A stretch of DNA of 64,000 nucleotides from Leptogorgia sarmentosa (taxonomy: Eukaryota), in the NCBI GenBank assembly GCA_964658305.1, contig OZ210885.1:22258001-22322000 (forward strand). The letters run 5' to 3'. The position numbers and the translations under genes are program-made. A model generated the notes under the pieces. It was not told where the DNA came from. It did no database searches and saw nothing but the letters and a program-made list of their open reading frames with translations. Shown piece by piece: positions 63,885-64,000 of the stretch (positions are counted from its first letter, which is position 1; each line of letters opens with the position of its first letter).

Positions 63885-64000
63885 TTGTTTCCAATGTGTT
63901 TTCTGGATCCATTAGTGACAAAGAAATAGTACAGAAATCTGGCATTCTCAAGTTGTTGGGAAAAGGTGATGTTGTCATGGCTGATAAAGGCTTCAACATT
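63885..64000 (+). pseudogene. Harbinger/ISL2EU DDE_Tnp_4 transposase fragment (runs off the window)
   Basis: FVSNVFSGSISDKEIVQKSGILKLLGKGDVVMADKGFNI. Confidence 0.8.

Overview
Eukaryotic (metazoan; cnidarian-like by repeat content, which is inference) heterochromatin-type window made almost entirely of nested, mostly decayed transposable elements. No intact host protein-coding gene is evident. In order: hAT/ZNF862-like transposase relic; three BEL/Pao LTR retrotransposons (one split by a CR1-type LINE, one nested in another); a truncated Gypsy; then (15.7-38.5 kb, minus strand) the remains of a linked U1-U2 snRNA gene cluster invaded by snRNA-associated non-LTR retrotransposons. These are two Tx1-clade elements headed by the U2 promoter plus U2 5' end (one of which ends at nt 3-4 of a near-complete U1 gene), a Utopia-type RLE element joined to U2 at about nt 39, and a third Tx1 interrupted by a Penelope-like element. 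Next is a ~19 kb EnSpm/CACTA-type element (7-exon transposase plus a divergent accessory gene). Inserted into that accessory gene is a 10.8 kb foldback-like DNA transposon (long 9-mer-array TIRs, 7-bp TSD, Zisupton/KDZ-like transposase fused to an OTU protease). The window ends with a DUF6589/Harbinger-type element carrying a truncated DIRS element flanked by a 251-bp direct duplication. All family assignments come from recalled motifs, not database searches.
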